The notes: generated from the letters alone by a model not told the origin. A stretch of 64,000 bases of DNA from an uncultured SAR86 cluster bacterium (GCA_902563885.1 CACEYZ010000001.1:40013-104012), one strand, 5' to 3'. Positions 1 through 12,925 are shown, counted from the stretch's first letter. Numbers and translations: made by a program.

Positions 1-522
1 TACCAATTTTTAGATTACCAAAATAAATTAAAAAATGATGATGAGTTTAAAAAGCTTATTAGTTTTAATGAAAAAGTAATTATTGAAGAAACAGATTTTA
101 ATGAACTTATGGAGGAGTCGGAAAAATTCACAATTTTTGGTTATAAGCTTATTGTTAAGTCACTTTTAGCGCAAAAGGCAATCGAAAATGAAAACCTAAT
201 TAGTGCAAGAAATATTTACAATCAATTATATGTAGATGGTATGAGCTCAAATTTAGGAAGAGACAGCAGGTCTATTATTAATTCTGAGATAATTGAAAAT
301 ATAATTAGAATTAATATTCAATTAGATGATTTTGAAGAGGGGAAAAAGTTCATTAATTCATTAGAACAAAATCAAAGAAACTATGAATTGGAGGGAGATT
401 TTTATAAATATTTCAAACAATTCGACGAAGCAAACAACTCATATGATAAAGCTCTTGAAGAGGAAACTGATGAGGGCAAGGTTAATTTTATTAGATTAAA
501 AAAGGTTTACAGCAATGACTAA
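1..522 (+). CDS. yfgM: YfgM-like tetratricopeptide protein, 5'-truncated by window edge
   Basis: Frame is open from base 1; TPR-like end 'ELEGDFY..F.EA..SYDKALE'; position before bamB-der is the usual yfgM position. Confidence 0.65.
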   Translation, partial: YQFLDYQNKLKNDDEFKKLISFNEKVIIEETDFNELMEESEKFTIFGYKLIVKSLLAQKAIENENLISARNIYNQLYVDGMSSNLGRDSRSIINSEIIENIIRINIQLDDFEEGKKFINSLEQNQRNYELEGDFYKYFKQFDEANNSYDKALEEETDEGKVNFIRLKKVYSND

Positions 523-1702
523 TTTCCTTAAGCACATTTTAATTATTTTTTTAATTACGAGTTGCCAATCATTAAATAATATAGGCAACAATATTGGCAG
601 CACTATTGGTTTTATAGAGGAAGATCCTTTTGCACCTACTAAGATCCAAACTGATTATGAAAATTTTCTCAAGAGTAATTGGATAAAGAAAAATACAAAC
701 TCATTTAAATTTTCTGAATTAGGAAAAAAACGCCCAGCAAAAAATCTTTTTTTCGCATCATCAGGCGATAGACTTTTTAATATATTTGATAATTTAGAAG
801 TTATTGATATCACTACTGGAGAAACATTAAAGGAAGTCTTAATTAATGAATCTGTTATGTCAGGTGTTGCAGCTGGTTATGGTGTTTTTGTATATGTAGG
901 GGAGAATGGAGAAATTTTTGTAAACAATATCGAGAGTGGAGAAAACAGATGGAGTGCAAAATTAAATGATCAAGTTTTATCTCCTGCACTAATTACTTCA
1001 AGATATATTCTTGTACAAACATCGTCAGATGTTTTGCATGTTTTTAATTTAAGTGATGGAGAAACTGTTTGGTCAAAAAAAGCACAACCATCGCTTTTAT
1101 CTATCAGAGGCACATCTTCGCCAATGCTTTATGAGGGCTTAGTTTTTACAAGTTTTTCAAATGGTAGGCTCTCAGCTAACAGAATCACAGATGGAATTCA
1201 GTTATGGGAAAGGCCAATTTCAGTAATCAAAGGTTCAACAGAGTTAGAAAAGCTTAAAGATTCTGATAGTCAAGCAATTGCTTTCGAAGAGAGTGTTTAT
1301 GCAGCTAATTTTAATGGTTCTCTCACACGATTTAATATTCGAGATGGAGAGAAGATATTTTCTGTTGATCTATCAACCTCTAAACCGTTATTAATGTGGA
1401 GAGATACACTGCTTTCAAGCAATACAGATGATGAGATAATTCAATTTGATGCCCTTAATGGTAATGAAAAATGGCGTAATTCTAGCTTTAAATATAGAAA
1501 ACTATCAAACCTTGTTATTCATGATGGAAATTTACTTTTCGGAGATTACGAAGGCTATATACATAAATTGAATCTTCAAAATGGAGAAATTTTAGGAATT
1601 TCAAAATCTAAATTAAATTCAATAAAAAATATTGCTGTAATTTCAAATGATTTAATTATCCAGGATGATTTGGGATCAATTGAGGTTCTAAGCATCTTTT
1701 GA
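515..1702 (+). CDS. bamB: Outer membrane protein assembly lipoprotein BamB (PQQ-like beta-propeller)
   Basis: Lipobox LITSC, repeated 'GE..W' propeller motifs, 'LSIRGTSSP'; synteny with der. Confidence 0.85.
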   Translation: MTNFLKHILIIFLITSCQSLNNIGNNIGSTIGFIEEDPFAPTKIQTDYENFLKSNWIKKNTNSFKFSELGKKRPAKNLFFASSGDRLFNIFDNLEVIDITTGETLKEVLINESVMSGVAAGYGVFVYVGENGEIFVNNIESGENRWSAKLNDQVLSPALITSRYILVQTSSDVLHVFNLSDGETVWSKKAQPSLLSIRGTSSPMLYEGLVFTSFSNGRLSANRITDGIQLWERPISVIKGSTELEKLKDSDSQAIAFEESVYAANFNGSLTRFNIRDGEKIFSVDLSTSKPLLMWRDTLLSSNTDDEIIQFDALNGNEKWRNSSFKYRKLSNLVIHDGNLLFGDYEGYIHKLNLQNGEILGISKSKLNSIKNIAVISNDLIIQDDLGSIEVLSIF

Positions 1703-1705
1703 GCT

Positions 1706-3016
1706 ATGAAGACTTTAGCATTAGTTGGAAGAACTAATGTCGGTAAATCTACTATCTTCAATAGATTTGCTGGCTTCAAATCAGCAATTGTTTCAAACCA
1801 AGAGGCTCTCACTAGAGATAAAAAAGCTGTTGTAATAAAAAAAGAAAACAAAGTTTTCAATTTAATTGATACTGGAGGGTTTTTTCCATCGGAGAAAGGT
1901 AATTTTGATGAGTTAGTTTTTTTTAAAACCCAAGAGGCTATACAAAATGCAGATCTAATTTTATTTGTGGTAGATAAAAAATTTGGCTTATCACCTTTTG
2001 ATAGCGAGATCTCAAAAGTCTTAAGGAAATCAGAAAAAAAGGTATTTCTTCTTATAAATAAAATTGATTTTAAAGAGGGCAGTGTTGAGGATTTCAAAAA
2101 GCTTGGTTTTGAAAATGCTTTTGAGATTAGCGCTGAACATAACTTAGGCTTTGAAAAGCTGATAAAACGAATCTTGAAACATTTACCTGAAAATGAAACT
2201 CAAGAGGATATTAATCACCCAAAAATAACAATAATTGGGAAGCCAAATGTTGGAAAATCTTCACTCTTAAATGCTATATCAAAACAAGACTTAATGATAA
2301 CCTCGCCTGTTTCTGGCACAACCATTGATGCAGTAGAATTTGAGATAAATTACAAGGGAAAGAAGTACAGATTTGTTGATACTGCAGGCGTTAAGAAAAA
2401 ATCGAAAACGATACTTAAAGAAGAGAAGTTATCAACAAGTAAAAGTTTTAGCGCAATCGAATATGCTGATCTTTGTTTAATGGTTCTTGACGGGTCCGAT
2501 CAATTCAATGAGCAAGATTTGAAATTAATAAGCAAGATAAACGATGTGGGAAGGTCAATGATAATAGTGATTAATAAATTAGATTTATTCAAAGGAGAGG
2601 AGAAAAAAGTACTTGAAAGATTGGTATTAATGGCACCCTATCTTGATTCATACCCTAAAGTTTTTCTCTCAGCTTTGCAGGCCGAAGGATTAAAAAATTT
2701 ATTTAATCAAATCTATAGGGTTCAAGAAAATTCCGATAAAGACATTAAAACTAACAAGTTAAATGATTTATTACATGAAGCCTTAGAAAAGCAACCGCTA
2801 CCATATAAATCAAGTTTTAAGCCAAAAATTAGATTTGTACATCAAGGTGGTAAAAATCCACATATCATAACGATGCACGGCAATTCATTGAATAAAATTG
2901 ATGGCAGCTACAAAAGATACCTCATAAAGTTTTTTTCAAAAAAATTAAATCTTCTGGGTGTGAATATAAAATTGAAATTTTTAAATACTAAAAATCCTTT
3001 CAATACGAAAAAATAA
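1706..3016 (+). CDS. der: Ribosome biogenesis GTPase Der (EngA)
   Basis: Two GTPase domains (GRTNVGKS, GKPNVGKS, DTGG/DTAG, NKxD). Confidence 0.97.
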   Translation: MKTLALVGRTNVGKSTIFNRFAGFKSAIVSNQEALTRDKKAVVIKKENKVFNLIDTGGFFPSEKGNFDELVFFKTQEAIQNADLILFVVDKKFGLSPFDSEISKVLRKSEKKVFLLINKIDFKEGSVEDFKKLGFENAFEISAEHNLGFEKLIKRILKHLPENETQEDINHPKITIIGKPNVGKSSLLNAISKQDLMITSPVSGTTIDAVEFEINYKGKKYRFVDTAGVKKKSKTILKEEKLSTSKSFSAIEYADLCLMVLDGSDQFNEQDLKLISKINDVGRSMIIVINKLDLFKGEEKKVLERLVLMAPYLDSYPKVFLSALQAEGLKNLFNQIYRVQENSDKDIKTNKLNDLLHEALEKQPLPYKSSFKPKIRFVHQGGKNPHIITMHGNSLNKIDGSYKRYLIKFFSKKLNLLGVNIKLKFLNTKNPFNTKK

Positions 3017-3055
3017 AGCAATTTATATTTAACTTTTCTATAATATTTACAAAGA

Positions 3056-3430
3056 ATGGCAAGGCGTCCCACATTTATAAATCTTTTGATAATTAAGCTT
3101 CCGCTTACTGCTATGTCTTCAATAAGTCATAGGTTGTCTGGAATTATAAATTTTTTTATTTTACTTCCCGTTTTCACTTTTATCTTCCTCACAGATTATC
3201 TTTCAAAAGGGAGTGGTTCCTGGGATATCGACAAATTTAATTTTGAAATAAAAATTTTAATTTCGTTAGCATTATTATCTGTTACATACCATATATTCTC
3301 TGGCATTAGACATATGATTGCTGATTTTACAAGTTATGGTCATGAACTCGATTCAGCACGATTAACTGCGATAATTTCTTTTTTACTTACATTTATCTTT
3401 TTTGTTTTAATTCTTTTTGAGGTTTGGTGA
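3056..3430 (+). CDS. sdhC: Succinate dehydrogenase cytochrome b556 subunit
   Basis: RP...SISHRLSG and YH..SGIRH motifs; start of sdh operon. Confidence 0.93.
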   Translation: MARRPTFINLLIIKLPLTAMSSISHRLSGIINFFILLPVFTFIFLTDYLSKGSGSWDIDKFNFEIKILISLALLSVTYHIFSGIRHMIADFTSYGHELDSARLTAIISFLLTFIFFVLILFEVW

Positions 3431-3431
3431 G

Positions 3432-3794
3432 ATGGGTACTTTATTGTGGTATTTTCAAAGGGTAAGTGCTTTGATAGTTTTTTCATACGTGCTAACAATA
3501 TTTTTTTCTTACATATTTTTCGATTTTAGTTCATATGAGCTTTGGAGAAATTTCATAACTACCCCAGAAATTAAGCTATATACGACGATCTTTTTATTGA
3601 TATCTTTTTCACATGGTGTTCAGGGTCTAAAGGCAGTTGAGGATGATTACTTATCTGAGAGAACCTTAGGGTTTTTATCTGCAAATATTGCAAAGCATTC
3701 TTCTCTAGCAAGATTGTTATATAGATTTGTAATTTTGTTGGTAATTTTTGTAACAAGTTACGTTTTTGTAATATATTATTTGGTCGATTTATAG
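3432..3794 (+). CDS. sdhD: Succinate dehydrogenase membrane anchor subunit
   Basis: W.FQRVSA, heme His in HGVQG, DY motif; ATG at 3432 preferred over TTG 3417. Confidence 0.9.
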   Translation: MGTLLWYFQRVSALIVFSYVLTIFFSYIFFDFSSYELWRNFITTPEIKLYTTIFLLISFSHGVQGLKAVEDDYLSERTLGFLSANIAKHSSLARLLYRFVILLVIFVTSYVFVIYYLVDL

Positions 3795-3834
3795 ATAAAT
3801 AGTGTTTATAATCTGATATAATTGAAACTGATAA

Positions 3835-5607
3835 ATGAGTAAAATACCTTTTTCTGAAAAAACTTACGATGTAGTTATCATAGGCGGTGGAGGCTCAGGC
3901 CTCAGAGCCTCTCTTGAAATAGCAAAATCTGGTTTAGATGTTGCTGTAATCTCAAAGGTTTTTCCTACAAGATCACATACGGTTGCTGCACAAGGGGGGA
4001 TAACATGTGCTATAGCAAGCGCAGACCCTGATGACGATTGGAGATGGCATATGTTTGATACTGTTAAAGGTTCAGACTATATAGGCGATCAAGATGCCAT
4101 TGAATATATGTGTTCAGAGGGCCCAGAGACTGTATTTGAACTAGAACATATGGGTCTTCCTTTTTCAAGATTTGAAAACGGCAGAATATACCAAAGGCCT
4201 TTTGGGGGTCAATCAAAAGAATTTGGAGAAGGAGGTCAAGCGGCTAGAACATGTGCGGCTGCAGACAGAACAGGCCATGCTTTATTGCACACTCTTTATC
4301 AGGCTAATTTAAAGGCAGGAACAAACTTTTTAAATGAATGGTTTGCAGTTGATCTCATTGAAGGGAAGAGTGGTTGTATTGCAGGTGTAAGTTGTTTTGA
4401 TATGGAAACTGGAGAAGTTTCAATAATTAAAACTCAAGCAGTTGTTCTTGCAACAGGTGGTGCTGGGCAAGTATATGAGCAAAATACAACTTCGTTGATT
4501 TGTACTGGAGATGGTTTAGGAATGGTGCTTAGGAAGAACTTTGCATTACAAGATATGGAGATGTGGCAATTTCATCCTACAGGCCTCTATGGTAATGGTT
4601 CTCTAATGACAGAAGGATGCAGGGGTGAGGGAGGTTATCTCATCAACTCAGAGGGAGAGCGTTTCATGCCAACTTATGCACCTAAAGCTAAAGATCTAGC
4701 TTCGAGAGACGTAGTTTCGAGATGTATTATTCAAGAGATAATGGCAGGACGTGGCTGCGGTGATAAAAAAGATCATGTCCTTCTGAAAATCGATCACCTT
4801 GGAGATGAAGCAATTATGAAAAAGCTTCCTGAAATAAGAGAAATTTCAATGACATTTGCAAATGTAGATCCGATAAATGAACCAATTCCTGTAGTTCCTA
4901 CATGTCATTATATGATGGGCGGCATTCCAACAAACATCAATGGACAAGTAATTACTCAAGAGAACGGAAAGGATAAAGTTGTTGATGGTCTCTACTCAAT
5001 AGGTGAGGCTGCTAATGTTTCTGTACACGGAGCGAATAGACTTGGTGGAAACTCACTTCTTGATTTAGTAGTTTTTGGAAGGTCTGCAGGCAAACACATA
5101 AATAAACAGTTCAAAAAAGGGGAAGTGTTAGATATTTCAAATGCAGAAATTGAAAAATCATTATCAACACTACAAACACTTGAAGATACAAAGAAAGGTG
5201 AGACTGTTTATGCTCTTAGATCAGAAATGCAGAGCATAATGCAGAACTATTTTGGTGTTTATAGAAATGAAAAACTCATTAAAGAGGGAATTAAAAAGCT
5301 TGAGGATGTAAACGTTAGGACAAGGAATATTCATATGAATGACAAGTCAAAACAGTTTAACTCAGAGAAAGTTGAAATCTTGGAATATCTAAATTTAATA
5401 GAAATTGCAAATGCTACAGCCTACTCTGCACTTGAAAGAAAGGAAAGTAGAGGAGCTCATGCAAGAGAAGACTATCCTGAAAGGGATGATGCAAATTGGC
5501 TATGTCACTCTTTATTTTTCAAAGATGGTAACAAAGTTTCAAAAAGGGACGTAAACTTAAACCCTAAAGAAGTAGAGGCATTTAAACCAAAAGCCAGAGT
5601 TTATTAA
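3835..5607 (+). CDS. sdhA: Succinate dehydrogenase flavoprotein subunit
   Basis: GGGGSG FAD motif, [10 protein letters not shown] covalent-FAD His, [15 protein letters not shown]. Confidence 0.98.
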   Translation: MSKIPFSEKTYDVVIIGGGGSGLRASLEIAKSGLDVAVISKVFPTRSHTVAAQGGITCAIASADPDDDWRWHMFDTVKGSDYIGDQDAIEYMCSEGPETVFELEHMGLPFSRFENGRIYQRPFGGQSKEFGEGGQAARTCAAADRTGHALLHTLYQANLKAGTNFLNEWFAVDLIEGKSGCIAGVSCFDMETGEVSIIKTQAVVLATGGAGQVYEQNTTSLICTGDGLGMVLRKNFALQDMEMWQFHPTGLYGNGSLMTEGCRGEGGYLINSEGERFMPTYAPKAKDLASRDVVSRCIIQEIMAGRGCGDKKDHVLLKIDHLGDEAIMKKLPEIREISMTFANVDPINEPIPVVPTCHYMMGGIPTNINGQVITQENGKDKVVDGLYSIGEAANVSVHGANRLGGNSLLDLVVFGRSAGKHINKQFKKGEVLDISNAEIEKSLSTLQTLEDTKKGETVYALRSEMQSIMQNYFGVYRNEKLIKEGIKKLEDVNVRTRNIHMNDKSKQFNSEKVEILEYLNLIEIANATAYSALERKESRGAHAREDYPERDDANWLCHSLFFKDGNKVSKRDVNLNPKEVEAFKPKARVY

Positions 5608-6320
5608 TGGAAAAGCTTAACCTGAGCATTTATAGGTATGATCCAAGCAAGGATCAACGACCTTATATGGCAGACTATAAAATTGAATCTGAATCAGTTG
5701 GAAATATGATGGTTATAGATGCTATTAGAAAAGCACAAGAATTAGATTCAACACTTACATTTAGAAGATCATGTGGACAAGGAGTATGTGGTTCAGATGG
5801 GGTTAATATGAATGGACAAAACGGATTGGCTTGTATAACGTCAGTATCTTCCGTATCAGTAATGAATAAACTTGAAATAAGACCATTACCGGGATTGCCG
5901 GTTATCAAAGACCTTATTGTAGACATGAAACCTTTCTATGATCAGTATGAAAAAATCAAACCATTTTTATCAAATGAGGAAGAGGTTGATACAGGCCATG
6001 AAAGACTTCAAAGCCCTGAGGAAAGAGAAAAATTAGATGGTTTATATGAATGCATATTGTGTGCGTGTTGCTCAACTAGTTGTCCTTCATTTTGGTGGAA
6101 CCCAGAAAAATTTGTAGGACCAGCTGCATTACTTCAAGCTTATAGATTCATAGCTGATACTAGAGACAAACAAAAAAAATCAAGACTAAAAAAATTAAAT
6201 GATGCATTTAGTGTTTACAGATGCCATGGAATAATGAATTGTACTTCAGTGTGCCCCAAAGGCTTAAACCCTTCGAAGGCAATAAATGAAATTAAAAAGG
6301 AGTTAAGAAAAATAGGATAG
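5607..6320 (+). CDS. sdhB: Succinate dehydrogenase iron-sulfur subunit
   Basis: SCGQGVCGSD, CILCACCSTSCP, CHGIMNCTSVCP clusters. Confidence 0.98.
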   Translation: MEKLNLSIYRYDPSKDQRPYMADYKIESESVGNMMVIDAIRKAQELDSTLTFRRSCGQGVCGSDGVNMNGQNGLACITSVSSVSVMNKLEIRPLPGLPVIKDLIVDMKPFYDQYEKIKPFLSNEEEVDTGHERLQSPEEREKLDGLYECILCACCSTSCPSFWWNPEKFVGPAALLQAYRFIADTRDKQKKSRLKKLNDAFSVYRCHGIMNCTSVCPKGLNPSKAINEIKKELRKIG

Positions 6321-9103
6321 TGTCAAAGTCAATAGAGGAGAGGCTTAGAGAAAGTTTTAAATATGGGGGAAATTCAGAATTTCTAGAAACCCTTTACGAA
6401 GAATATCTAATAGATCCAGAGAATATAAAACCTGAGTGGAAGAATTATTTTGATTCAATTCAAAATGGAAAAAACGATGTAAGCCACAAATCAATCACAA
6501 AACAGTTCAGGAATTATAAAATTTCTAAGATTCCACAAGTAAATTCCAAGAGCTCTAAGTCTTCAGATGTTCAGAATCTAATCAATGCTTATAGAAGGCG
6601 AGGTCATGAAGTAGCAAAAATTGACCCATTGAATCTTAGAAAGGCTAAAGAAGTGCCTGACTTAAATTTAAATTTCCATGATCTTAATGAAGCCGATCTA
6701 GAGGAAAGTTTTTCAATTTCAAATTTTCTTGATTCAAAAACCATGAAACTTTCAGAAATAATTAGTTCGATATCTAAAAGCTATACTTCATCGTTGGGGT
6801 ATGAATTTATGCATATTATGAGCAGCAAAACAAGAGCTTGGTTTATAGATAAAATTGAAGGAAAAGATACACCATATGATTTTTCTAACCCAGAAAAAGA
6901 ACATATCCTTAAGAGAGTTGTAGACTCAGAAAGCTTAGAAAAATTTTTAGCAGCAAAATATCCAGGGGCAAAAAGATTTGGTCTTGAGGGGGGTGAATCA
7001 CTAGTTCCTCTTTTAGATACAGTTATTGAGGAGCTTGGCTCTAAAGGTGCTAAAGAACTTGTTATGGGAATGTCTCATAGAGGCAGATTAAATGTATTAA
7101 TCAATGTAATGGGTAAGAAGCCAAGTGAATTATTCACTGAGTTTGATGAAGATTTTGAACAAGATGATGCACACACAGGCGATGTTAAATATCATTTAGG
7201 ATATTCCTCAAATATCTTGACGAGTGGAGGACAGGTACATGTTGCTCTCGGCTCTAATCCTTCTCATTTGGAAGTAGTGAATTCTGTTGTTCTGGGCTCA
7301 GTCAGAGCAAGACAAGATAGAAGACAAGATAGTTCTATGACAAAAGTTGTTCCAATTCTTATGCATGGAGATGCATCGTTTTCAGCACAGGGTATTGTCA
7401 TGGAAATATTACAGCTTTCACAAACTAGAGCATTTGGAGTTGGCGGTACTATTCACGTTGTAATAAATAATCAAATAGGCTTCACAACAAGTGTAAAAGA
7501 GGATGCACGATCAACAGACTACTGTACAGACGTTGCAAAAATGATTGATGCTCCAATAATCCATGTTAATGGTGACGATCCAGAAGCATGCGTAATGGCT
7601 GCAAAGCTAGCTGTTGAATACAGACATGAATTTAAAAAAGATATTATTTTAGATTTTGTTTGCTATAGACGCAGAGGTCATAATGAAACTGATGAGCCAT
7701 TTGCTACTCAGCCTTTAATGTATAAGGAAATTACCTCCAAAGATTCTGTTACAGATTTATATTTCAAAAAATTATTAAGTAATGGAATAGTTGAAGAAGA
7801 TAAATATAAAGAATTCAAGAAAAATTACAGATCACATATGGAAAAAGGTGAAACTGTAGCAGAATCACTTGCTACAGACCCTGATGAATCAATCCATTTT
7901 GATTGGACTCCATATCTTGAACCAGACATGACCAAATCTTACCCAACAGCAGTTTCTAATGAATCTTTAAAAGAAACAATGAAAACCGTTCTTGCATTTG
8001 ATAAAGATTTTTTAATGCAGAAACAAGTTGGAAAGCTGTATGAGGAGAGAAATCACATGCTTTCTGGAGACCTTCCCTTAAATTGGGGATTTGCTGAAAT
8101 GGCTGCATACGCAACATTATTAAAAGATGGTTTCCCTGTGAGAGTTACAGGCCAAGATAGCAGAAGAGGGACTTTTTCCCATAGACATTTAGTAGTTAAA
8201 GATCAGAATACTGGAGAGGGTTTTGTACCATTATCAAAACTAAATAAAGGAAATAAGAAATTCGAAATTTTTGACTCATTGTTGTCTGAGGAAGCTGTTT
8301 TGGGTTTTGAATATGGTTATGCATCTACCTGGCCTGAGGGATTAGTTATTTGGGAGGCACAATTTGGAGATTTTGTTAATGTTGCTCAGGTAATAATAGA
8401 TCAATTTATTGTTAGTGCAGAGACTAAGTGGAATAGGCTATCTGGCTTAACTTTATTTCTACCTCATGGATATGAAGGCCAAGGCCCAGAACACAGTAGT
8501 TGTAGGCTTGAAAGATTTTTACAACTTTGCGCACACGATAATATTCAAATATGTATTCCAACTTTACCTGCACAAATTTTTCATTTACTTAGAAAACAGG
8601 CAATTAATCCATCCAGAAAGCCCCTGGTAGTTTTAACTCCTAAAAGCCTGTTAAGAAATCCTCAAGCAACTTCAAAGATCGAGGATTTAAGCAACGGTAC
8701 TTTTAGAAATATAATCATTAATAAGAGTAAGAATTTACCAAAAAGAGTAGTTTTTTGCTCTGGTAAAGTGTTCTTTGATTTACAAGATGAAATTAATAAA
8801 TTGAAGGTCAAGAATATTGAGCTGGTTAGGTTGGAGCAATTATATCCATTTCCAGAAAGCGAACTTAAAAGTTATACAAGAGATTTAAAATGTAAAGATT
8901 TCCTCTGGGTTCAAGAAGAGCCAAAAAATATGGGGGCTTGGTTTATGATAAGACACAGACTTGAGGAAATCCTAAATGAAACAAAAAAAGGATTTAAACT
9001 CAATGTTTTAGCGCGAAATTCATCAGCAGCCCCAGCAGGAGGATATCAAAAATATCACTTTAAACGTCAAAAAGAGATAGTTACTAAAGCTTTAGAGTTA
9101 TAG
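6320..9103 (+). CDS. sucA: 2-oxoglutarate dehydrogenase E1 (GTG start)
   Basis: [26 protein letters not shown] motif, [22 protein letters not shown]. Confidence 0.98.
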   Translation: MSKSIEERLRESFKYGGNSEFLETLYEEYLIDPENIKPEWKNYFDSIQNGKNDVSHKSITKQFRNYKISKIPQVNSKSSKSSDVQNLINAYRRRGHEVAKIDPLNLRKAKEVPDLNLNFHDLNEADLEESFSISNFLDSKTMKLSEIISSISKSYTSSLGYEFMHIMSSKTRAWFIDKIEGKDTPYDFSNPEKEHILKRVVDSESLEKFLAAKYPGAKRFGLEGGESLVPLLDTVIEELGSKGAKELVMGMSHRGRLNVLINVMGKKPSELFTEFDEDFEQDDAHTGDVKYHLGYSSNILTSGGQVHVALGSNPSHLEVVNSVVLGSVRARQDRRQDSSMTKVVPILMHGDASFSAQGIVMEILQLSQTRAFGVGGTIHVVINNQIGFTTSVKEDARSTDYCTDVAKMIDAPIIHVNGDDPEACVMAAKLAVEYRHEFKKDIILDFVCYRRRGHNETDEPFATQPLMYKEITSKDSVTDLYFKKLLSNGIVEEDKYKEFKKNYRSHMEKGETVAESLATDPDESIHFDWTPYLEPDMTKSYPTAVSNESLKETMKTVLAFDKDFLMQKQVGKLYEERNHMLSGDLPLNWGFAEMAAYATLLKDGFPVRVTGQDSRRGTFSHRHLVVKDQNTGEGFVPLSKLNKGNKKFEIFDSLLSEEAVLGFEYGYASTWPEGLVIWEAQFGDFVNVAQVIIDQFIVSAETKWNRLSGLTLFLPHGYEGQGPEHSSCRLERFLQLCAHDNIQICIPTLPAQIFHLLRKQAINPSRKPLVVLTPKSLLRNPQATSKIEDLSNGTFRNIIINKSKNLPKRVVFCSGKVFFDLQDEINKLKVKNIELVRLEQLYPFPESELKSYTRDLKCKDFLWVQEEPKNMGAWFMIRHRLEEILNETKKGFKLNVLARNSSAAPAGGYQKYHFKRQKEIVTKALEL

Positions 9104-9113
9104 AATATTCAAA

Positions 9114-10343
9114 ATGGCTGAAGACATAAAATCACCACAATTTCCAGAATCAATTTTTGAAGGAACTCTATCTACTTGGCTTAAAAAAGAGGGCGATACA
9201 TTTGAACAAGATGATGTTTTGGCAGAAATTGAAACAGATAAAGTTGTAATAGAAGTAACTGCTCAAAGTGATGGGCAGTTAGAGAAAATTATTATTCCGG
9301 AGGGTTCAGTTATTAAAAGTCAGGAAACAATCGGAAATTATTCAAAAAAAATCACTAAAAAAGATAACAAAGACAAAACGAAACCAAAAGTTGAAGAAGT
9401 AAAAACAGCACAAACTGAAACGCAAGAGAAAGTAATGGAATCTCCAAAAATTACCTCAAAAAAAGAAGTTAAAGGAAAAATAGGACCAGCAGCAAAAAAA
9501 TTACTACAAGAAAAAAATTTAACAACTGAAAATATTACCCCAACAAGAAAGAAAGGAATCATAACTAAAGAAGATATCCTTAAAGCTGCTGAAAATAATC
9601 AGTCTGTTGAGCCTGAAAAAGTCACAGAAAAAATGGAAATTAAGGGCGATTCAAAAAGAGTGCCAATGTCACGACTTAGAAGTGTCGTAGCTAAGAGACT
9701 CTTGGAGTCACAAGCTCAAACAGCATCATTGACAACTTTTAATGAGGTGGATTTATTTGAAATAAAGAAACTTAGAGAAAAATATAGGGAAAGTTTTGAG
9801 AGTAAGTATGGCGTAAAGCTTGGGTTTATGGGTATGTTTATTAAAGCATCAAGCATTGCATTGCAGGATATGCCTATTGTAAACGCGTCTATTGATGGCG
9901 AAGATGTTGTATATCATGGATTCCAAGATATAGGTGTTGCAGTCTCGTCTGAAAGGGGATTGGTTGTGCCTGTAATAAAAAATGTTCAAGAATTGTCAAT
10001 TGCTGAAATAGAAAAGGAAGTAAGAGATTATTCAATAAAAGCAAGAGAAGGAAAACTAGAAATGGATGATATTACAGGAGGCACATTCACAATCTCAAAT
10101 GGTGGTGTGTTTGGCTCTCTTCTTTCAACACCAATATTAAATCCACCTCAGTCTGCAATTTTAGGGATGCATAAAATTCAAGATAGACCAATGGTTATAG
10201 AAGGAAAAGTTGAAATTAGGCCTATGATGTATCTTGCTTTAACATATGACCACAGATTATTAGATGGTAAGGATGCAGTATCATTCTTAGTAAAAATAAA
10301 AGAGTTATTAGAGTCACCAGAATCAATGATATTAGGAGTATAA
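9114..10343 (+). CDS. sucB: Dihydrolipoamide succinyltransferase E2
   Basis: Lipoyl IETDKV; catalytic YDHRLLDG. Confidence 0.97.
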   Translation: MAEDIKSPQFPESIFEGTLSTWLKKEGDTFEQDDVLAEIETDKVVIEVTAQSDGQLEKIIIPEGSVIKSQETIGNYSKKITKKDNKDKTKPKVEEVKTAQTETQEKVMESPKITSKKEVKGKIGPAAKKLLQEKNLTTENITPTRKKGIITKEDILKAAENNQSVEPEKVTEKMEIKGDSKRVPMSRLRSVVAKRLLESQAQTASLTTFNEVDLFEIKKLREKYRESFESKYGVKLGFMGMFIKASSIALQDMPIVNASIDGEDVVYHGFQDIGVAVSSERGLVVPVIKNVQELSIAEIEKEVRDYSIKAREGKLEMDDITGGTFTISNGGVFGSLLSTPILNPPQSAILGMHKIQDRPMVIEGKVEIRPMMYLALTYDHRLLDGKDAVSFLVKIKELLESPESMILGV

Positions 10344-11762
10344 ATGGATTACGATGTAGTTATAATAGGAGGCGGCCCTGGTGGATACGTCGCTGCAATA
10401 AAATCAGCTCAGCTAGGAATGAAAGTTGCTTGCGTAGAGTATGACGAGGATTCAAATGGCAAACAAAAAATGGGTGGGACCTGCCTGAATGTAGGTTGTA
10501 TTCCATCAAAATCATTGCTAGATTCCTCTTATAAATTTAAACAAATTTCTGCAAGCTTACCTGAGCACGGCATCAACGTATCAAAAGCAAATTATGATCT
10601 ATCAAAAATGATGGATAGAAAGAACGAAATAATAAAAAAATTAACCTCAGGCGTATCACAACTTTTAAAACATAATAAAGTTGAGAGTATCTTTGGGAAG
10701 GGGAAATTAATTAGTAAAAATGAGATAGAGATATCTGATTCAAAAGGAAAGAAAAAAACACTTAAAGCAAAATATATTGTTTTAGCTACAGGATCTAGAC
10801 CAATTTATCTAGATTCAGTGCCTTGGAATGGAACAAATATTGTTGGAAGTGCTGGAGCTCTTGAGTTTAGCAAAACTCCAAAAAAACTGGCAATCATAGG
10901 GGCTGGAGTAATTGGTTTAGAACTAGGTAGTGTTTGGTCAAGACTTGGCTCAGAAGTTGAAATTTTCGAAGCAGAAAAAACCTTTTTACCAATGCTAGAT
11001 GATGATATATCAAGACTTATTGAACGAGAATTTAAAAACCAGAACGTAAATATTAATCTTGGTGCTATGGTTAAATCATCAAAAAACAACAGAAGTAGTG
11101 TCACTTTGGAGATTGATTTTGCTGGCCAGGTTGAAAAACGAAAGTTCGATAAAGTTATAGTTGCTGTTGGAAGAAAACCTTTTTCAGAAAATTTATTAGC
11201 GAAAGGATGTGGGCTTGATGTCGATGAGAAAGGCTTTATTGAGGTAAACAATTTTTGCCAAACCAAACTTGAGAATATTTATGCAATTGGAGATTTAGTG
11301 AGAGGACCAATGTTGGCTCACAAGGCAATGGAAGAGGGTGTAATGGCAGCTGAACGAATAGCAGGTAAAAAAATGGAAGTTAACTATGATCTAGTTCCAA
11401 GTGTAATATACACACACCCTGAAATTGCGTGGGTTGGAAAAACAGAAAAACAACTTAAGCAAGAGAATATAGAATTTAAAAAGGGTAGCTTTCCTTTTGC
11501 TGCAAGTGGAAGAGCCCTAGCGGCTGGAGACTCAGTTGGTGCAGTAAAAATTCTTGCAGATAAAGAAAGCGATCAAGTTTTAGGAGTTCAAATATTTGGA
11601 AATTCCGCGTCAGAAATATTACAACAAGGACTCATAGGGATGGAATTTTCAGCAAGTTCAGAAGATTTTGGGTTAACAATGTTCAGCCATCCTACTGTTT
11701 CTGAAGCATTGCACGAAGCTGCACTTGCAGTTAATAAGCAAGCAATTCACATAGGAAATTAA
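10344..11762 (+). CDS. lpdA: Dihydrolipoamide dehydrogenase E3
   Basis: GGGPGG, GGTCLNVGCIPSK, HPTVSE. Confidence 0.97.
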   Translation: MDYDVVIIGGGPGGYVAAIKSAQLGMKVACVEYDEDSNGKQKMGGTCLNVGCIPSKSLLDSSYKFKQISASLPEHGINVSKANYDLSKMMDRKNEIIKKLTSGVSQLLKHNKVESIFGKGKLISKNEIEISDSKGKKKTLKAKYIVLATGSRPIYLDSVPWNGTNIVGSAGALEFSKTPKKLAIIGAGVIGLELGSVWSRLGSEVEIFEAEKTFLPMLDDDISRLIEREFKNQNVNINLGAMVKSSKNNRSSVTLEIDFAGQVEKRKFDKVIVAVGRKPFSENLLAKGCGLDVDEKGFIEVNNFCQTKLENIYAIGDLVRGPMLAHKAMEEGVMAAERIAGKKMEVNYDLVPSVIYTHPEIAWVGKTEKQLKQENIEFKKGSFPFAASGRALAAGDSVGAVKILADKESDQVLGVQIFGNSASEILQQGLIGMEFSASSEDFGLTMFSHPTVSEALHEAALAVNKQAIHIGN

Positions 11763-12925
11763 TGAATTTGCATGAATTTCAAGCGAAAGAGTTTTTCGAA
11801 CTATACGATTTACCTGTCTCAAAAAGATCAATCATTACTAAAAAAGAGGATATTAAATCAGCATTTTCAGCTATTGATTCTTCTAAAGGCTGTGTAGCAA
11901 AGGTACAAGCACATACAGGTGGTCGTGGAAAAGTTGGTGGGGTAAAAGTTTGCAAAACAATTCATGAAGTTGAACTGTTTGTAGAAAAGTGGCTAGGGAA
12001 AAATATCATAACGATTCAGACAGGAGATTTAGGCTTGCCAGTTAATATTTTATCTCTGGAAGAATTAACAGATATTTCAAGAGAGATTTATTTTAGCTTA
12101 GTAGTAGATAGAGGAGAAAAAGCGATTTCCTTGATTGTTTCAGAGGCTGGCGGCATGAATATAGAGGAAGTTGCTGAAGAAACTCCTGAAAAAATTTTAA
12201 AAGCTAAGTTAGATGAAAATTTTGAGCTAGAAAATACAGAAATAATGAAAATATCTGATCTTCTTAACTTTAACGAGAAACAAAAAGATCAATTTAAAAC
12301 AATAGTTGAAGGGTCAGCTAAATTATTTAAAGAAAAAGACTTGAGTCTTTTAGAGATTAATCCTTTAGTAGTAATGGCCAATGGTGATCTTCTTTGTCTA
12401 GATGCAAAAATCAATGTAGATGAAAATGCTCTTTTTCGCCAAGAGGAAATTGAATTAAAAAGAGACTCAACTCAAGAAGATTCAAGAGAATATGAGGCGA
12501 AAGTAAATGATTTGAGTTATGTATCCCTAGAGGGAAATATTGGTTGTATGGTAAATGGAGCTGGTTTAGCTATGGGAACAATGGATACTATTAAGCTTTA
12601 TGACGGAGAGCCTGCAAATTTTTTGGATGTGGGCGGAACGGCAACGAAAGAGAGAGTATCAAAAGCACTTGAGCTTATTCTTTCAGATAAAAAAGTAAAA
12701 GGAATATTAGTCAATATTTTTGGTGGAATAGTAAGGTGTGATTTGATAGCACAAGGAATAATTGATGCCGTGGAGGAAATAAAAGTATCCATTCCGATGG
12801 TAATAAGGCTTCAAGGAAATAAAGCAGATGAGGGCAAGAGGCTTCTTAATGAATCGGGTTTAAATATTATTGGAGAGGACTCTTTACAAGAAGCTTCAAA
12901 AAAAATCGTGAACTTAGTCAAATGA
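11762..12925 (+). CDS. sucC: Succinyl-CoA synthetase beta subunit
   Basis: [36 protein letters not shown]. Confidence 0.98.
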   Translation: MNLHEFQAKEFFELYDLPVSKRSIITKKEDIKSAFSAIDSSKGCVAKVQAHTGGRGKVGGVKVCKTIHEVELFVEKWLGKNIITIQTGDLGLPVNILSLEELTDISREIYFSLVVDRGEKAISLIVSEAGGMNIEEVAEETPEKILKAKLDENFELENTEIMKISDLLNFNEKQKDQFKTIVEGSAKLFKEKDLSLLEINPLVVMANGDLLCLDAKINVDENALFRQEEIELKRDSTQEDSREYEAKVNDLSYVSLEGNIGCMVNGAGLAMGTMDTIKLYDGEPANFLDVGGTATKERVSKALELILSDKKVKGILVNIFGGIVRCDLIAQGIIDAVEEIKVSIPMVIRLQGNKADEGKRLLNESGLNIIGEDSLQEASKKIVNLVK

